A stretch of DNA of 64,000 bases from Octopus sinensis (Eukaryota), in contig NC_043015.1 in assembly GCF_006345805.1 (NCBI RefSeq), positions 20,894,001-20,958,000 of the forward strand, given 5' to 3'. Positions 40,925 through 53,557 of this stretch are shown in pieces. Positions within the stretch are counted from its first letter, which is position 1; every line of letters starts with the position of its first letter. A model generated the notes under the pieces. The model was not told where the DNA came from, did not search any database, and saw only the letters and a list, made by a program, of their open reading frames with translations. A program made the position numbers and the translations under genes.

Positions 40925-40949
40925 AGAGTAGTAGTAGTAGTAGTAGTAA

Positions 40950-41024
<75 letters not shown>

Positions 41025-41042
41025 TAGTAGTGGTAGTAGTAA
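40925..41042. repeat. (TAG)n microsatellite
   Basis: Directly visible. Confidence 0.99.
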
Positions 41043-41360
41043 TGCTTTGCAAGTGAATAACAGCTTCATTATTGAACAGAATTGTCTGAAGGGAAGTGTG
41101 TGCGTAAATTATGACGTCCTGCTGTTTCAGCAATTTGGCGTTTTACCTGGAAGTTCTTCAGATGTCTATTAGACAGTAGTTAGGTTTACATATATATTTG
41201 TGCCATAGATTGCTTTATTTTATATCACATAGAAGTTCCAACTAAACCGCTTCTTCAAAGAAAGTTTTACTGCTTTCTTAAGTTTCTAATTTAGAGCCTT
41301 CCTCCCTCCCTCTGTGTGTAATATATATATATATATATACTAATATATATATATATATAC

Positions 41361-41392
41361 TGAAACAAGTAAAAGAGTTAAAGAGTAAAAGG

Positions 41393-41393
<1 letters not shown>
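41361..41393 (+). mobile_element. Extremely 5'-truncated SINE B (3' terminus only) within (TA)n
   Basis: tgaaacaagtaaaagagttaaagagtaaaaggt is nearly identical to the 3' end of the copy at 51750-52143. Confidence 0.75.
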
Positions 41394-41476
<83 letters not shown>

Positions 41477-41539
41477 GTATATGGTGTGAGTATATATACT
41501 TATATACTTATATATATATAAGCTACATATGTGGGTGTG

Positions 41540-41579
<40 letters not shown>

Positions 41580-42441
41580 GTATACATTCATACAAATGTA
41601 TGTGTATACACACACACACACGCACAACTCATAATACCCATATGTACTTCTAGGTAAATACACACATGCATACAGGTAAAAAGCCTATTTTTACATACAC
41701 ACACACGCACAAACATACACATGTATGTGTGTGTGTGTGTGTGTAAAACTTTTACATATCTCAAACTCTGTATCTAAAGTATTATTGATTAATCAACTCC
41801 CACCTGGAGGTTATGTACCTTTGAAGAATTGCCAATAAGAAAAGTACTACCCTATTTTCTTTTACTAGTGGTCAAGTTCAAGTAGAGTGATACCATTGTA
41901 TAAAAACTAATATTGAAGCACAACAACACATAAAACACACATACACTGACCCACGACTTCATAAGAGCTAATGTACAAACAAGAATCTATACATAAAATT
42001 TTGCTCCATCAATTTATATATATGATATTATAGTATATCGATTTGAGGTTTAGAGGTGACCACTATTATATTAGAAAAATATAATGCGGCAACAAGTAAT
42101 CCAATGATAGCATTAGAGTGAAGGAGTGCGTCAATGCACTACAGGTTTTGTGCAAACTATATATGAAGTTCCATCTGATGGACGTCTTTCGGGCAGACAT
42201 TTTGAAGTATATGGTAAAGTAGTCATGTTTAAAAGTAAACTATAAATATTTTCTCGGACGTACTGGTTATATAAGGTTCTTCATATTATCACCTGCAAAA
42301 TACACATGTATGCATGTATGTATGCCTGTATCATATTAATGTTTGTTCTTATAATTTTTTATAGTTTACATTAAAGGATTACGTTGTACATTTAGTAGAG
42401 AAAAGATTATTCTTTAATGACTGCAAATATATATCTATCAA

Positions 42442-42534
<93 letters not shown>

Positions 42535-42847
42535 GTACCCGTACATGCATATATATATATACACATACATACGCACACATACATACATACTCATATACAC
42601 ATACATACTTATATATGCATACATATAAAAGGTGGTTGTCCACTCCTTATGCAGAGTTTGACCACCTGCTGTACCTAAACCTTAGAACAATCATGGCATC
42701 TGATATGGCTTTTTGAACCAGACAATCTTTTCAAAAGACGCCTACGTAGATTGCATATCCGATTTGGACCACCAAGAGCTGCAGCTAAGTTCTGATCTTT
42801 GTGAATCTTAAAATCTCTTTTGAGGCCTCAGTTAGATTGCTAAATAT

Positions 42848-42936
<89 letters not shown>

Positions 42937-43083
42937 AAGAGAAGAAAAGAAAATGGAGATAAGGAAATTAATAAATGTTTATCATTAATAAACTGGTCAT
43001 CTTCACTTCTTACAGCTGTTTCATCTCAATATTTTAATTACAAATTTGTGCATTAACTTTATATTTATGTATAGTTTTATTAT

Positions 43084-43232
43084 TGAGTATAGTTTTATTA
43101 GAGAGAAAAAGACGTACCTTTATATGTTATATGTGGGCATATCAGTTCATTTCAGTCTGCTGAAATGAATTGATAAGCCCACATATAACATCCAAAGGTG
43201 TATCCTTTTTCTCTCTAAAGAAATTATACTCA
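43084..43232. repeat. Long imperfect palindrome (core arms 43099-43155 and 43160-43217, 4-nt loop)
   Basis: Left arm agagagaaaaagacgtacctttatatgttatatgtgggcatatcagttcatttcag; reverse complement of right arm agagagaaaaaggatacacctttggatgttatatgtgggcttatcaattcatttcag. Confidence 0.9.
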
Positions 43233-43581
43233 TATCACATGAGTGTATATTTAATGTACTCATAGAGTTAAGTGATTTTCATTCTCCAAAAATACTAGGT
43301 TTTTATTGAACAAGTATTTTCTTGGATGCAAACATCCCTTCACGAGGTTAAGATATCCTCTAATTATATATATAAATTAATATTTCGCTTGTGTATTACG
43401 AAGTGTCAGTCGAGTACAAAAAGGTAATAAGAAATTGGGACGACGAAAGAATTAACGATTATTTGATGAACTTCATAAGCGGTTTCCGATATAAGGCGCA
43501 ACACACTCACAGGTCAGTGTTCAACTCACTCTGTCGTTCTCTCTCCCTCCCTCTCATTCATTAATGTGTATATATATATAT

Positions 43582-43986
43582 ACTCTTTACTCTTTTACTC
43601 TTTTGCTTGTATCAGTCATTTGACTACGGCCATGCTGGAGCACCGCCTTTAGTCGAGCAACTCGACCCCGAGACTTATTCTTTGTAAGTCCAGTACTTAT
43701 TCTATCGGTCTCTTTTGCCGAACCGCTAAGTGACGGGGACGTAAACACACTAGCATCGGTTGTCAAGCAATGGTAAGGGGACAAACACAGACACACAAAC
43801 ACACATATATATATATATATACGACAGGCTTCCTTCAGTTTCCGTCTACCAAATCCACTCACAAGGCATTGGTCGGCCCGAGGCTATAGCAGAAGACACT
43901 TGCCCAAGATGCCACGCAGTGGGACTGAACCCGGAACCATGTGGTTGGTTAGCAAGCTACTTACCACACAGCCACTCCTACGCCTA
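43582..43986 (-). mobile_element. SINE family B, full length, young
   Basis: Highly similar to the copies at 51081, 51750 and 53558. tRNA-like head with TGGCTGTGTGG and GGTTCAGTCCC boxes; (GTAAAAGA)n tail. Confidence 0.95.
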
Positions 43987-44707
43987 TAAATATATGCATA
44001 TTTATGAACATATATATGTACACACATTCTATATATAAACTTTTATGAATATACGAATATATGTATGTATTATATACATTACAGTCTATATGTATGCGTG
44101 AGTGTGCAAGTTCGCGTGTGTGTGTAGTTTTAAGTAGATATTTGGTGCGTGCTGTTTTACTAAGGACTATTTTTATACCAAACATACTGCAGTCTATTTT
44201 GGGGTCTTGTACTGTAGATGCAGGAAACGCAAAACACCGTACCCAAATGTTGTTTTAACCGTGTAAACTCTTACCGTTAATAAAGATTATCCAAACTTAT
44301 CTCAACATCATAATATTTCTCATCGCTTCATTAACACCAGCGTTCACACATCATGTCAGTTATCTCAAGGAAGTATGTCCCATAACACATCTGGCATGTA
44401 ATAACCAGTCAGAATATGTTTTCTAACTGCAATCAATGATTACAGGATGTGCCACTTTAGTTTATATACACACATCTTCCACTCATCCATCTTTCACGGT
44501 CTGGTTGTCTTTATTTGAAGTTCTGTTAAAACGGCTTGCCTGTAATTGGGCTCGTTTGTATATGTGTATCTGTGTATGTGTGTGTGTGTTGCGCGTGTGA
44601 AATAAATATGTGTAGAATAAGAGGTAGAGTAAGGTAAGTGGAAAATTATATATTATATATATATATATAATATTATATAATATATATATATATATACATT
44701 GTATATC

Positions 44708-44750
<43 letters not shown>

Positions 44751-44760
44751 ATGATATATA

Positions 44761-44814
<54 letters not shown>

Positions 44815-44839
44815 TATATATATATGTATATATATATAT

Positions 44840-44943
44840 TGGCCTGCTCGTTGAGCCAGCAGGATGACGTCATTTGAAGGCTAAAACGATGCGAAGCGCA
44901 TTGTGACAGCGATGTGTAGCAACATCTGATAGCCTGGTCAGTC

Positions 44944-44948
<5 letters not shown>
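44840..44948 (+). mobile_element. Short retroposon 3' end embedded in (TA)n, probably an RTE-LINE tail
   Basis: Shares cgcattgtgaca.gcg with the tail of the RTE fragment near 19172. (TA)n on both sides. Confidence 0.45.
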
Positions 44949-45025
<77 letters not shown>

Positions 45026-45519
45026 CATGTGTACATAGTTACACATGTATTCTCTGCCTCTCTCGTTATTCATACGTAGGTCCAAATATTATACGTACAA
45101 ACATACGTCAATGGTTGATGATTCATACATTTGTTATTTGTAGTTTCTTACACGCGAATTACAAATGTAACCAGGGAAGCAATTTCGTGAAACACAGGAA
45201 GCTTGCACCACCACCACAAAGAAAAATCAAACTATTTTTCTCATAGTTGTGTGGCTCATCCTGTGCTAACTACACATCGCTGAGGAGTTTTCAAAGAAAC
45301 AAAACGCAGCTGTATTTCTTACATAGCTGTGAAAATTCAAGCGCACTCTCTGAAGCTTATCTTCGCGCAAGATTGTTATTTGAATTTTAAAGAGTTCATT
45401 CCCTTGTGTCACGTTTGAGGAATAAATTCTAAAACTATAGAATGTCATTTTATAGCGTTTATATTTTAACGCTTATAATTAACAGATATTTTTAGCTCGC
45501 CATATTTCGTGTGTTCCCT

Positions 45520-45730
45520 ATCCATGACTGGTCAACATGATAGATCAAACTGGTTGGGCTGGATTGCCCATGCAGGGATTGGATTGCCCACTGTAAGGCA
45601 ACAGCCTCAGCATATTCTTTTTACCAACCACGGTCTGATGTGTAGACTGTGAATTTGAGCTGAAGACCATACTAGCTTGATGAATCGACTCTGCCACACT
45701 TGCTCGACATGGCCTGGCAATGCGGGTGGG
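45520..45730 (-). mobile_element. Possible RTE-like LINE fragment
   Basis: Minus translation LPGHVEQVWQSRFIKLVWSSAQ...RP loosely fits W.GHV.RM...R..K.V.....RP. Weak. Confidence 0.3.
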
Positions 45731-45791
45731 GGGGGAGCTTTCTTATACTCATACTTAGGAATGGTTAAATCTATTACATTCACACTAACAT

Positions 45792-45935
45792 TCAATTGGT
45801 ACTTATTTTACCGACCCTGAAAGAATGAAAGGTGAAGTCGACATCAGCGGAATTTGAACTCAGAACGTCAGGACTGGTAAAATACCGCTAAGCATTTTGC
45901 CCTGCATGTTAACGATCCCGCCAGTTCGCTGCCCT
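45792..45935 (-). mobile_element. SINE family A, 5' part
   Basis: Reverse complement gggcagcgaactggcgggatcgttaac...cttagcggtatttt...gttctgagttcaaattccgc. Confidence 0.85.
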
Positions 45936-46352
45936 AATCGAACAGGTTAATCCCATAATAATTTATACCATTGCTGCATGTATGCATTCTAGCGCTTTTT
46001 GTTGCATACTTTAGAGGAAATCAGTGCATAACCATTGCCGGGATATTTTACTCATCTCATTGCTCGCACATGTATCGGGGTTTATTTCTAAACACCTTCA
46101 TCAGAAAGAAAAAATAATAAACAAGAATAAATATTGAACTGATTGTATCGGTCACCATTACAACATAATTCAGTCAATGCTTATAAATATTGCGACCATC
46201 TAAAACCTAAAGGGAACGCAGATCATTCTTTTTCTCACGAAGTAAAGAGTCCTTTATATAGATGTTGACATACACAAAGTAATATGTTTGGAATGTTATT
46301 CTTTGAGAAATAACGACATATGTTGTTTCATTCTGAAACTGAAACGAAGTTT

Positions 46353-46397
46353 GTCTCCCGACTCGAGTTTCACGCAACTGCCATCATCAGGCGAGAC
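46353..46397 (-). ncRNA. Candidate minimal type I hammerhead ribozyme (probably a decayed Penelope pLTR copy)
   Basis: Minus strand reads GUCUCGC-CUGAUGA-UGGCAGUUGCGU-GAAA-C-UCGA-G-UC^GGGAGAC. Both core boxes are intact, stem III has a palindromic loop, the cleavage triplet is GUC, and stem I has 6 of 7 pairs. Stem II is weak. Confidence 0.65.
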
Positions 46398-46409
46398 TGG
46401 GAAAACGTG

Positions 46410-46630
46410 CTATTATTAGGAGCGTATGAGTGAATATCTGTGTGTATATGTATACACAACATGGGTTGTGAGTGGCCTAGAGCTTGTGTTTAATCATGGG
46501 TCAGCCTTCTAGTGCTTTTCCTTGGTTGTATATGGTATATCTGTTGTATAGCATTTCTATTTCTTGCAATTGTGGGTGCTTTGTTGGTGGTGGCCGATTT
46601 TGTTTTGTATTATTTCATGTATTGTGATAA
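46410..46630 (-). mobile_element. Possible Penelope-like 3' remnant upstream of the hammerhead
   Basis: Minus translation with stops, TIHE..KIGHHQQSTHNC..EKH*KADP*LN, loosely resembles a GIY-YIG C-terminus (H..H..E..I...P.LN). Same strand and expected position relative to a pLTR ribozyme. Confidence 0.3.
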
Positions 46631-47336
46631 TTTTTTGTTAATATATATAGAGAGGAAGAGAGGGGAGACAGAGGGCAGGAGACTGAAGAGAAAGGTAGAA
46701 ATAATGGTCTACGGGAATGAGTTAATGGCAACTATAAAAAAGATTAAGTGAAATAGATGAAGTGAATAGTGTCAGACAAATAAAAGACAAAAACGAAAAC
46801 ATTCTTAGTTACAGAGGAACTAATCGAAAGTGAATTGCAAAAGAAAGACAAAGCCTTTCCGAAAGAAGAAATCAAAATGCATGTAATTTGTAAAGTAGAA
46901 GAAGGAAGGAAAAATGACAAGGAATAAGCAAAAGCAAAAGGAAAAGTAAAAGATTACGGTGGAAAGCACAAAGCAAAATGATTAAGCATAATTGAAAGAA
47001 GATCGCAAAAAACACCTAAATAATTATGACGGGTACTAGGCTGGAATAGACATACCTAGGCGTATGTCTGCATGCGAATGTAATTGTAAACATATATAGA
47101 AATTAATGTGACTACGTGCATATATGTGCCTGGATATGAATGCGCATCAACGAAATTGTTAAAGGAGCGAAATATAGCTATAGCGTATGTCACTAACAGC
47201 ACTTATATTGACTAACGACTAGATAAGATTCAATGAGGGAAAGTCTTCTTTTATGGTAAATTCTAATGACCAAATGGATTATACGATTATATAGCTCACC
47301 ACAATAACCACAATGTTTGCTGCCAAGTTCTACTAC

Positions 47337-47381
<45 letters not shown>

Positions 47382-48054
47382 TATATATATATATATTATC
47401 ACCCGGGTGCTGTGCATATGTGTATGTATGCATATATATATGTATATTTACATACAAATCATCAAGTTTAACAAAGCGTTCAACTATCCAAATACATGTA
47501 CGAAATATAGATTGCTACTTAAAAGCGGAACTGTTAGTGTAGTTTGTAACATTGGTGGTATTATTAGTAGTGATATTATTTATTGTTCGAGGCGTTGGTT
47601 TGATATAAACAACAAACCGCAACGAGAGTAAGCTATTACGCACTTATAGTACTTTAATTCCATAATGTAGGGAAACGCACTTACTAACTGCGAGTTTAAT
47701 GCAGTATTTTATGCAATGAAACCGTATTAATGATATTTGTGTATGGCAATACAAGTTGGCGGAAGTGAAAAGCAACAAAAGAAAATGGTCGCTCCAACGA
47801 TATAATAGAAATATGTAATGATGTGTGAAAGAGAAAAAAATAAAGAGAGAGAAAAAAAGAGGAAGAGCAGAACAAAGGTATTGTCAAAAACAGCCGTCTT
47901 TGTTAGTTTATTTCGCTTTCCACTACGTTAATTATAACAATTGTTGTAAAAATAAAAATGGACAAAACAAAGGTAAGCATACAGAAATGAAGTGAGCTGT
48001 TCGACAAATGTGCCCGTGAGTTTGTGTGAGTATTTGCGTATGTGTATGTGCACA

Positions 48055-48145
<91 letters not shown>

Positions 48146-48274
48146 GTAACTCACAATTGTACATATCTATATATGCGTGTGCGTAAATCTACATATGCTC
48201 ATAAATGATGCACGTGTATGTATATGTGCAAATGTGTAATTATATTCACACGCTTACACAAGCACATACACACA

Positions 48275-48329
<55 letters not shown>

Positions 48330-49159
48330 TATATATGTGTGTGTGTTTGTGTGTATGTATATATATATATGTATATTTATATATATATGTGTGTGTGTGT
48401 GTATATATATATATATGTATATACTTGTTAATTTGCAAATGTGGTATTCCCTTTCATCCATATTTGTGAACCATTTACTCAATCCTCAATGCTACAGATG
48501 AATTTGCTATTTAGTATTTTCAATCCCCGTCTCCTCTCAATAGCATTGACGTTGATGAAATAAATAATTTGGTTCCTTTCTTGTATTATTGTTGTTGGTT
48601 TGGTTGTTTTTCACAGCATCGTGAGCAACAATGCGTTGTGTCGAGTACAACTTCCTTCCAAGTCCCTTGTGGCAAATATAGGAACCACCCACCCATCCAC
48701 CCCATTACTAGCACTACTTTTGTGTGCTTATACGACGTTTTATTTTCTCCTTGCTATTGTAGTCTTCTTTACCCTTTTGGGAAATAAACAAATAATATTA
48801 AAAATTGTTATCATTTTGTGTTAAGTAATTATAATTGTATTATGAGCTTTTACTCCCCATCCAAACCCAGCCCTGTGAGCCATGGGTATGCGCTATTTCT
48901 TCTTTCTTTATCTATTGTATTGAAGTAATACATTTGGCAATATATGCACAACATTTATTTTGTGCTATTTTCCCTATAGTCTGTTCATTTGACGATCGTT
49001 AATGGATTTGTCTGCTATTTTAAGTATTGATAGAGTACCCATTCTTTTGGGGATTACGCATGTTCCTTACCCGCCATTTTCTGGTTATCTCTATTTCCTG
49101 ATCTGATTGCGTAATCTCTCCATTCACAAATTATATAGCGTCACATATGGACTGTCACA

Positions 49160-49315
49160 TATGACGTTTTGAGTTCAAATGTCACCGGGGTCGACTTTGC
49201 CTTTCATACTTTCGGGGTTGATAAAAAAAAGTACCAAATGAGTAGTGGGAACGGGGGAATCCACTTATCCACCCCCTTGATATTTCCGGAACTGTGCTAA
49301 AAATTTGAAACCAGT
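49160..49315 (+). mobile_element. SINE family A, 5'-truncated and degenerate
   Basis: gttttgagttcaaatgtcaccggggtcgactttgcctttcatactttcggggttgataaa. Confidence 0.8.
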
Positions 49316-49591
49316 ATTTTATTATTACTTTATGGGTAGCGGAAAAATACCTTGAATTTTACTTCAGTGGAATTTCAGCAGAGAACATTTCAACTTCTGT
49401 AAATAACCTGCCAATACCACGCACATGAATTACAAAGACAATGAAACGGGTGGATTGAAAGAAAACACTTTGAAATGGAAACAACTGTTTTCTGAACTCG
49501 GAACAAACCTTCATGCTGAGGACAATTGTCTACTACCCTAACACATTGAAAGAAAAAAATGATTCTCCTGTCCTTTACATACACACATACA

Positions 49592-49660
<69 letters not shown>

Positions 49661-49854
49661 CCTCTGTCCTTTGAAGAACTGTTGTTGTTGAGATTTGCGT
49701 TTGCTTTTACATACGAGGACCCTCAAGGAAGGAGAGTTTCGTGGATGGTCTTTATGAAGCGACAACCAAAACTCTCAACTTTGAAATCACTTTCTAACTT
49801 CTGACAATTAACATTAACGAGAAAATGACATATCTTTACACGTCTCTACACATA

Positions 49855-50165
49855 TAGTAAGCTGCGTGGTCCAGTCGTTAGGCTATTCACCTTACAATCG
49901 TAAAGTCGCGAGATCGATTCCCAGCGGCACATTGTGCCACTGAGGAAGCATTGTATTTCATGCTGTTCCAGTACACTCAGCGGCAAACATGAATAGTAGC
50001 TGATAAGAGCCAGTCTTATATTCTGCGTCGCGCTGAATCTCCCAGAGGTCCCCATCAAGAGCACGTGTATCTGTGGAGAACTCACTTGCACTTTAATTTC
50101 ATGAGCAGGCTGTTCCGTTGCTCGTTCCATCAGGCGACTTCAATGTTGTAACTGGGGGAGTGTTA
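49855..50165 (+). mobile_element. SINE family C, long variant
   Basis: Head gcgtggtccagtcgttagg...agatcgattccc and body gtatttcatgctgttccagtacactcagc match 56184. The 3' portion differs. Confidence 0.75.
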
Positions 50166-50544
50166 GATGTATACAAAGTTATTTAATGAGTACGTGTATG
50201 TGGAGCGAATACACAAAGTACGTCTGTAAGAATACAACCATGTATATAAAGACACACACTATATTACACATGCACAATATATTATATATGCAAGCGCCTC
50301 TCATTCTAATTGAGATATTTGCCAACAGCATTCCACCATTGAATTCTACGTCTCTTCATTAAAATTTTTACACTTTTTTTTTCGTTATAAACATTTTTAA
50401 CAAGCAAATTAACAAATGTGCTTTAGCAAGAAATACGAGTTGCAGATACGTTCTTAACTGACACAATACGATACTTCGTATTAGCTGCATTGTAATTCAT
50501 TTCTGTAATGGCTTACACATTAATATAAGCAGTTATCACATGTG

Positions 50545-50576
<32 letters not shown>

Positions 50577-50689
50577 TGTATGTATGTATATATATACGTA
50601 CATAGTGAGAAAGAGTGATGAATGTGATTCTTTGTACATATAAGCAGATCTACATACTGTATGTCAGTGTGCTTATATGTGAGTTTGTG

Positions 50690-50795
50690 TGTAAATACTA
50701 TGTGAATGTAGATATATATCTATCTATATATGTATATATATTACATATATTTATACATATATATATACATCATATACATATGTATACATATATGT

Positions 50796-50840
<45 letters not shown>

Positions 50841-50918
50841 TATATATAAATATATATACATCTATATACATATATAGATGTATATGTATATACATATATC
50901 TATCTATCTATCTATCTA

Positions 50919-50950
<32 letters not shown>
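50690..50950. repeat. Interrupted (TA)n/(TCTA)n array
   Basis: Directly visible. Confidence 0.98.
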
Positions 50951-50952
<2 letters not shown>

Positions 50953-51080
50953 CCCGAAATTTTGGGGCAGGTGACAGTCGATTAGATTCACCCCAATACG
51001 CAACTGGTAGTTAATATATGCATATATAGCTATACACGTATACATATATATACATATATAGACATATGGACATATATATA

Positions 51081-51484
51081 GGCGCAGGGGGGCTGTGTGG
51101 TAAGTAGCTTGCTAACCAACCACTGGTTCCGGTTCAGTCCACTGCGTGGCATCTTGGGCAAGTGTCTTCTGCTATAGCCTCGGGCCGACCAATGCCTTGT
51201 GAGTGGATTTGGTAGACGGAAACTGAAAGAAGCCTGTCGTATATATGTATTATATATGTATGTGTGTGTGTTTGTGTGTCTGTGTTGTTCCCCTAGCATT
51301 GCTTGACAACCGATGCGGGTGTGTTTACGTCCCCGTCACTTAGCGGTTCGGCAAAAAGGAGACGATAGAATAAGTACTGGGCTTACAAAAAGAATGAGTC
51401 CGGGGTCGAGTTGCTCGACTAAAGGCGGTGCTCCAGCATGGCCGCAGTCAAAATGACTGAAACAAGTAAAAGAAAGAAAGAAAG
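51081..51484 (+). mobile_element. SINE family B, full length, young
   Basis: ggcgcagg..ggctgtgtggtaagtagcttgctaaccaaccac head; a CORE-like ggcatcttgggcaagtgtctt block; internal (TA)/(TG); 3' half and tail. Confidence 0.95.
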
Positions 51485-51536
51485 ATATATATATATATAC
51501 ATATATATGCGTATATAAATACATATACATACTTAC

Positions 51537-51575
<39 letters not shown>

Positions 51576-51749
51576 TATATATATATATGCACATATAAAT
51601 ATATATACATACACATATACTATATATATACACATATAAACATATACATATAGATACATATAATATGCATTTACACATATATTTACATACACACACACAC
51701 ACACACATATATACATATAAACATATATATACACATATATATACACATA

Positions 51750-52143
51750 GGCGCAGGAGTGGCTGTGTGGTAAGTAGCTTGCTAACCAACCACATGGTTC
51801 CGGGTTCAGTCCCACTGCGTGAAATCTTAGGCAAGTGTCTTCTGCTATAGCCCCGGGCCGACCAATGCCTTGTGAGTGGATTTGGTAGACGGAAACTGAA
51901 AGAAGCCTGTCGTATATATGTATATATGTGTGTTTGTGTGTCTGTGTTTGTCCCCCTAGCATTGCTTGACAACCGATGCTGGTGTGTTTACGTCCCCGTC
52001 ACTTAGCGGTTCGGCAAAAGGAGACCGATAGAATAAGTACTAGGCTTACAAAAAATAAATCCCGGGATCGATTTGATCGACTAAAGGCGGTGCTCCAGCA
52101 TGGCCGTAGTCAAATGACTGAAACAAGTAAAAGAGTAAAAGGG
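51750..52143 (+). mobile_element. SINE family B, full length, young
   Basis: Same structure as 51081 and highly similar to it. Confidence 0.95.
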
Positions 52144-52344
52144 TAATATGCATATACACATATATATATACATATATACATAATCAATAATAAATCTCTG
52201 AACGAGGTATAATAGGTACGATAGGACACAGAGAGTGTGTCAATAGCCAGCTGGAGATGTTCTCCTGGGGTTACATGCTAGAGTAGCATCCACCCTTTGT
52301 GTTAGCCACATTTAAGTGGCAAATACACACATATACATATATAT

Positions 52345-52431
<87 letters not shown>

Positions 52432-53322
52432 CATATATATACATTTACATATATATGAACATATACATACATATATATATATATACACACACAGATACAC
52501 ACAGACACACACACATATATAACTACACATTTTTGAACATACATTGCATGCGTGTGTATATATATATATATATATATTTGTGAGGAAGCCGATACGTGAC
52601 AGTGATATGTGCGTTGTGTATGTCGCTTCACTGGCATCATTTGTTCTCACCAGAAATCCCATATAATGCGCAAAAACAGTAGAAACTGTTTATTTCCTAC
52701 ACTACAAGAAAAATTAACTATATGTTGCTCCATTAGTCTTTTAAAATGTCTATAGCGAGCTTAGAATTGAATACATTTTCTACAACAACCTCATTACAAA
52801 CAGAACCGTATAATGTTTCCTCGTAGTCTTAATGGAATCCTGGAATTAGAAGAAACAGTAGTTGTACCAAACTGCTAAATTTATTACCATTAAACGAATA
52901 TATTTGGTCGGAAACAAACATGGAAGTAGGCACATTTACAAAACATACATGCACAAACACAGACACATACACATAAATATAATACGCATACAAACAAATA
53001 TAGAAATAGCACCGACAAACGGGCTTACAATATAATTGAACGTGTGTGTTTGTGTGTGTGTGTGTGTGTATAGTGACAACTTAATTTATATAACAACGAG
53101 AAAACCCAGAACACGTGAGCATGGGAGAATGCGAAATACTAAATGCGTAAAAATCATGGCGTATAAATTGTATCACTGCCGTACATACACACAACACACA
53201 CACACACACACACACACACATTTATTTATATACATACATATATATACGGTACTGTGAGTGTGTGTATAATTTGTATGTTCATGCATGTGTGAATTTGTGT
53301 GGGTTTGAATTAAACTAAATAC

Positions 53323-53421
53323 ATATGCGGGTGTATTTTATGATATGTAATGGGTAGGTAGTATACATACTCAATACATATCATGAAATATACCCGCATA
53401 TATATATGTATACTACCTACC
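53323..53421. repeat. Crossed inverted repeats A-B-A'-B'
   Basis: A 53323-53349 pairs with A' 53375-53401 (27 bp, two G-T). B 53353-53369 pairs with B' 53405-53421 (17 bp, perfect). Confidence 0.9.
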
Positions 53422-53557
53422 TACCTACCAACCTACGTGTGTTTATGTGTAAATACCCACAAATTATATTTCGTATTTATATATGTATATTGATGTGCCT
53501 AAATATATTTCTAACAGTCGTTTACATATATATATATATATATAGATATATATATAT

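Noticed and set aside
49415-49810. Short protein-like readings (MNYKDNETGGLKENTLKWKQLF; KESFVDGLYEATTKTLNFEITF)
   Set aside because: Under 40 codons, no convincing splice pair, no recognised family.
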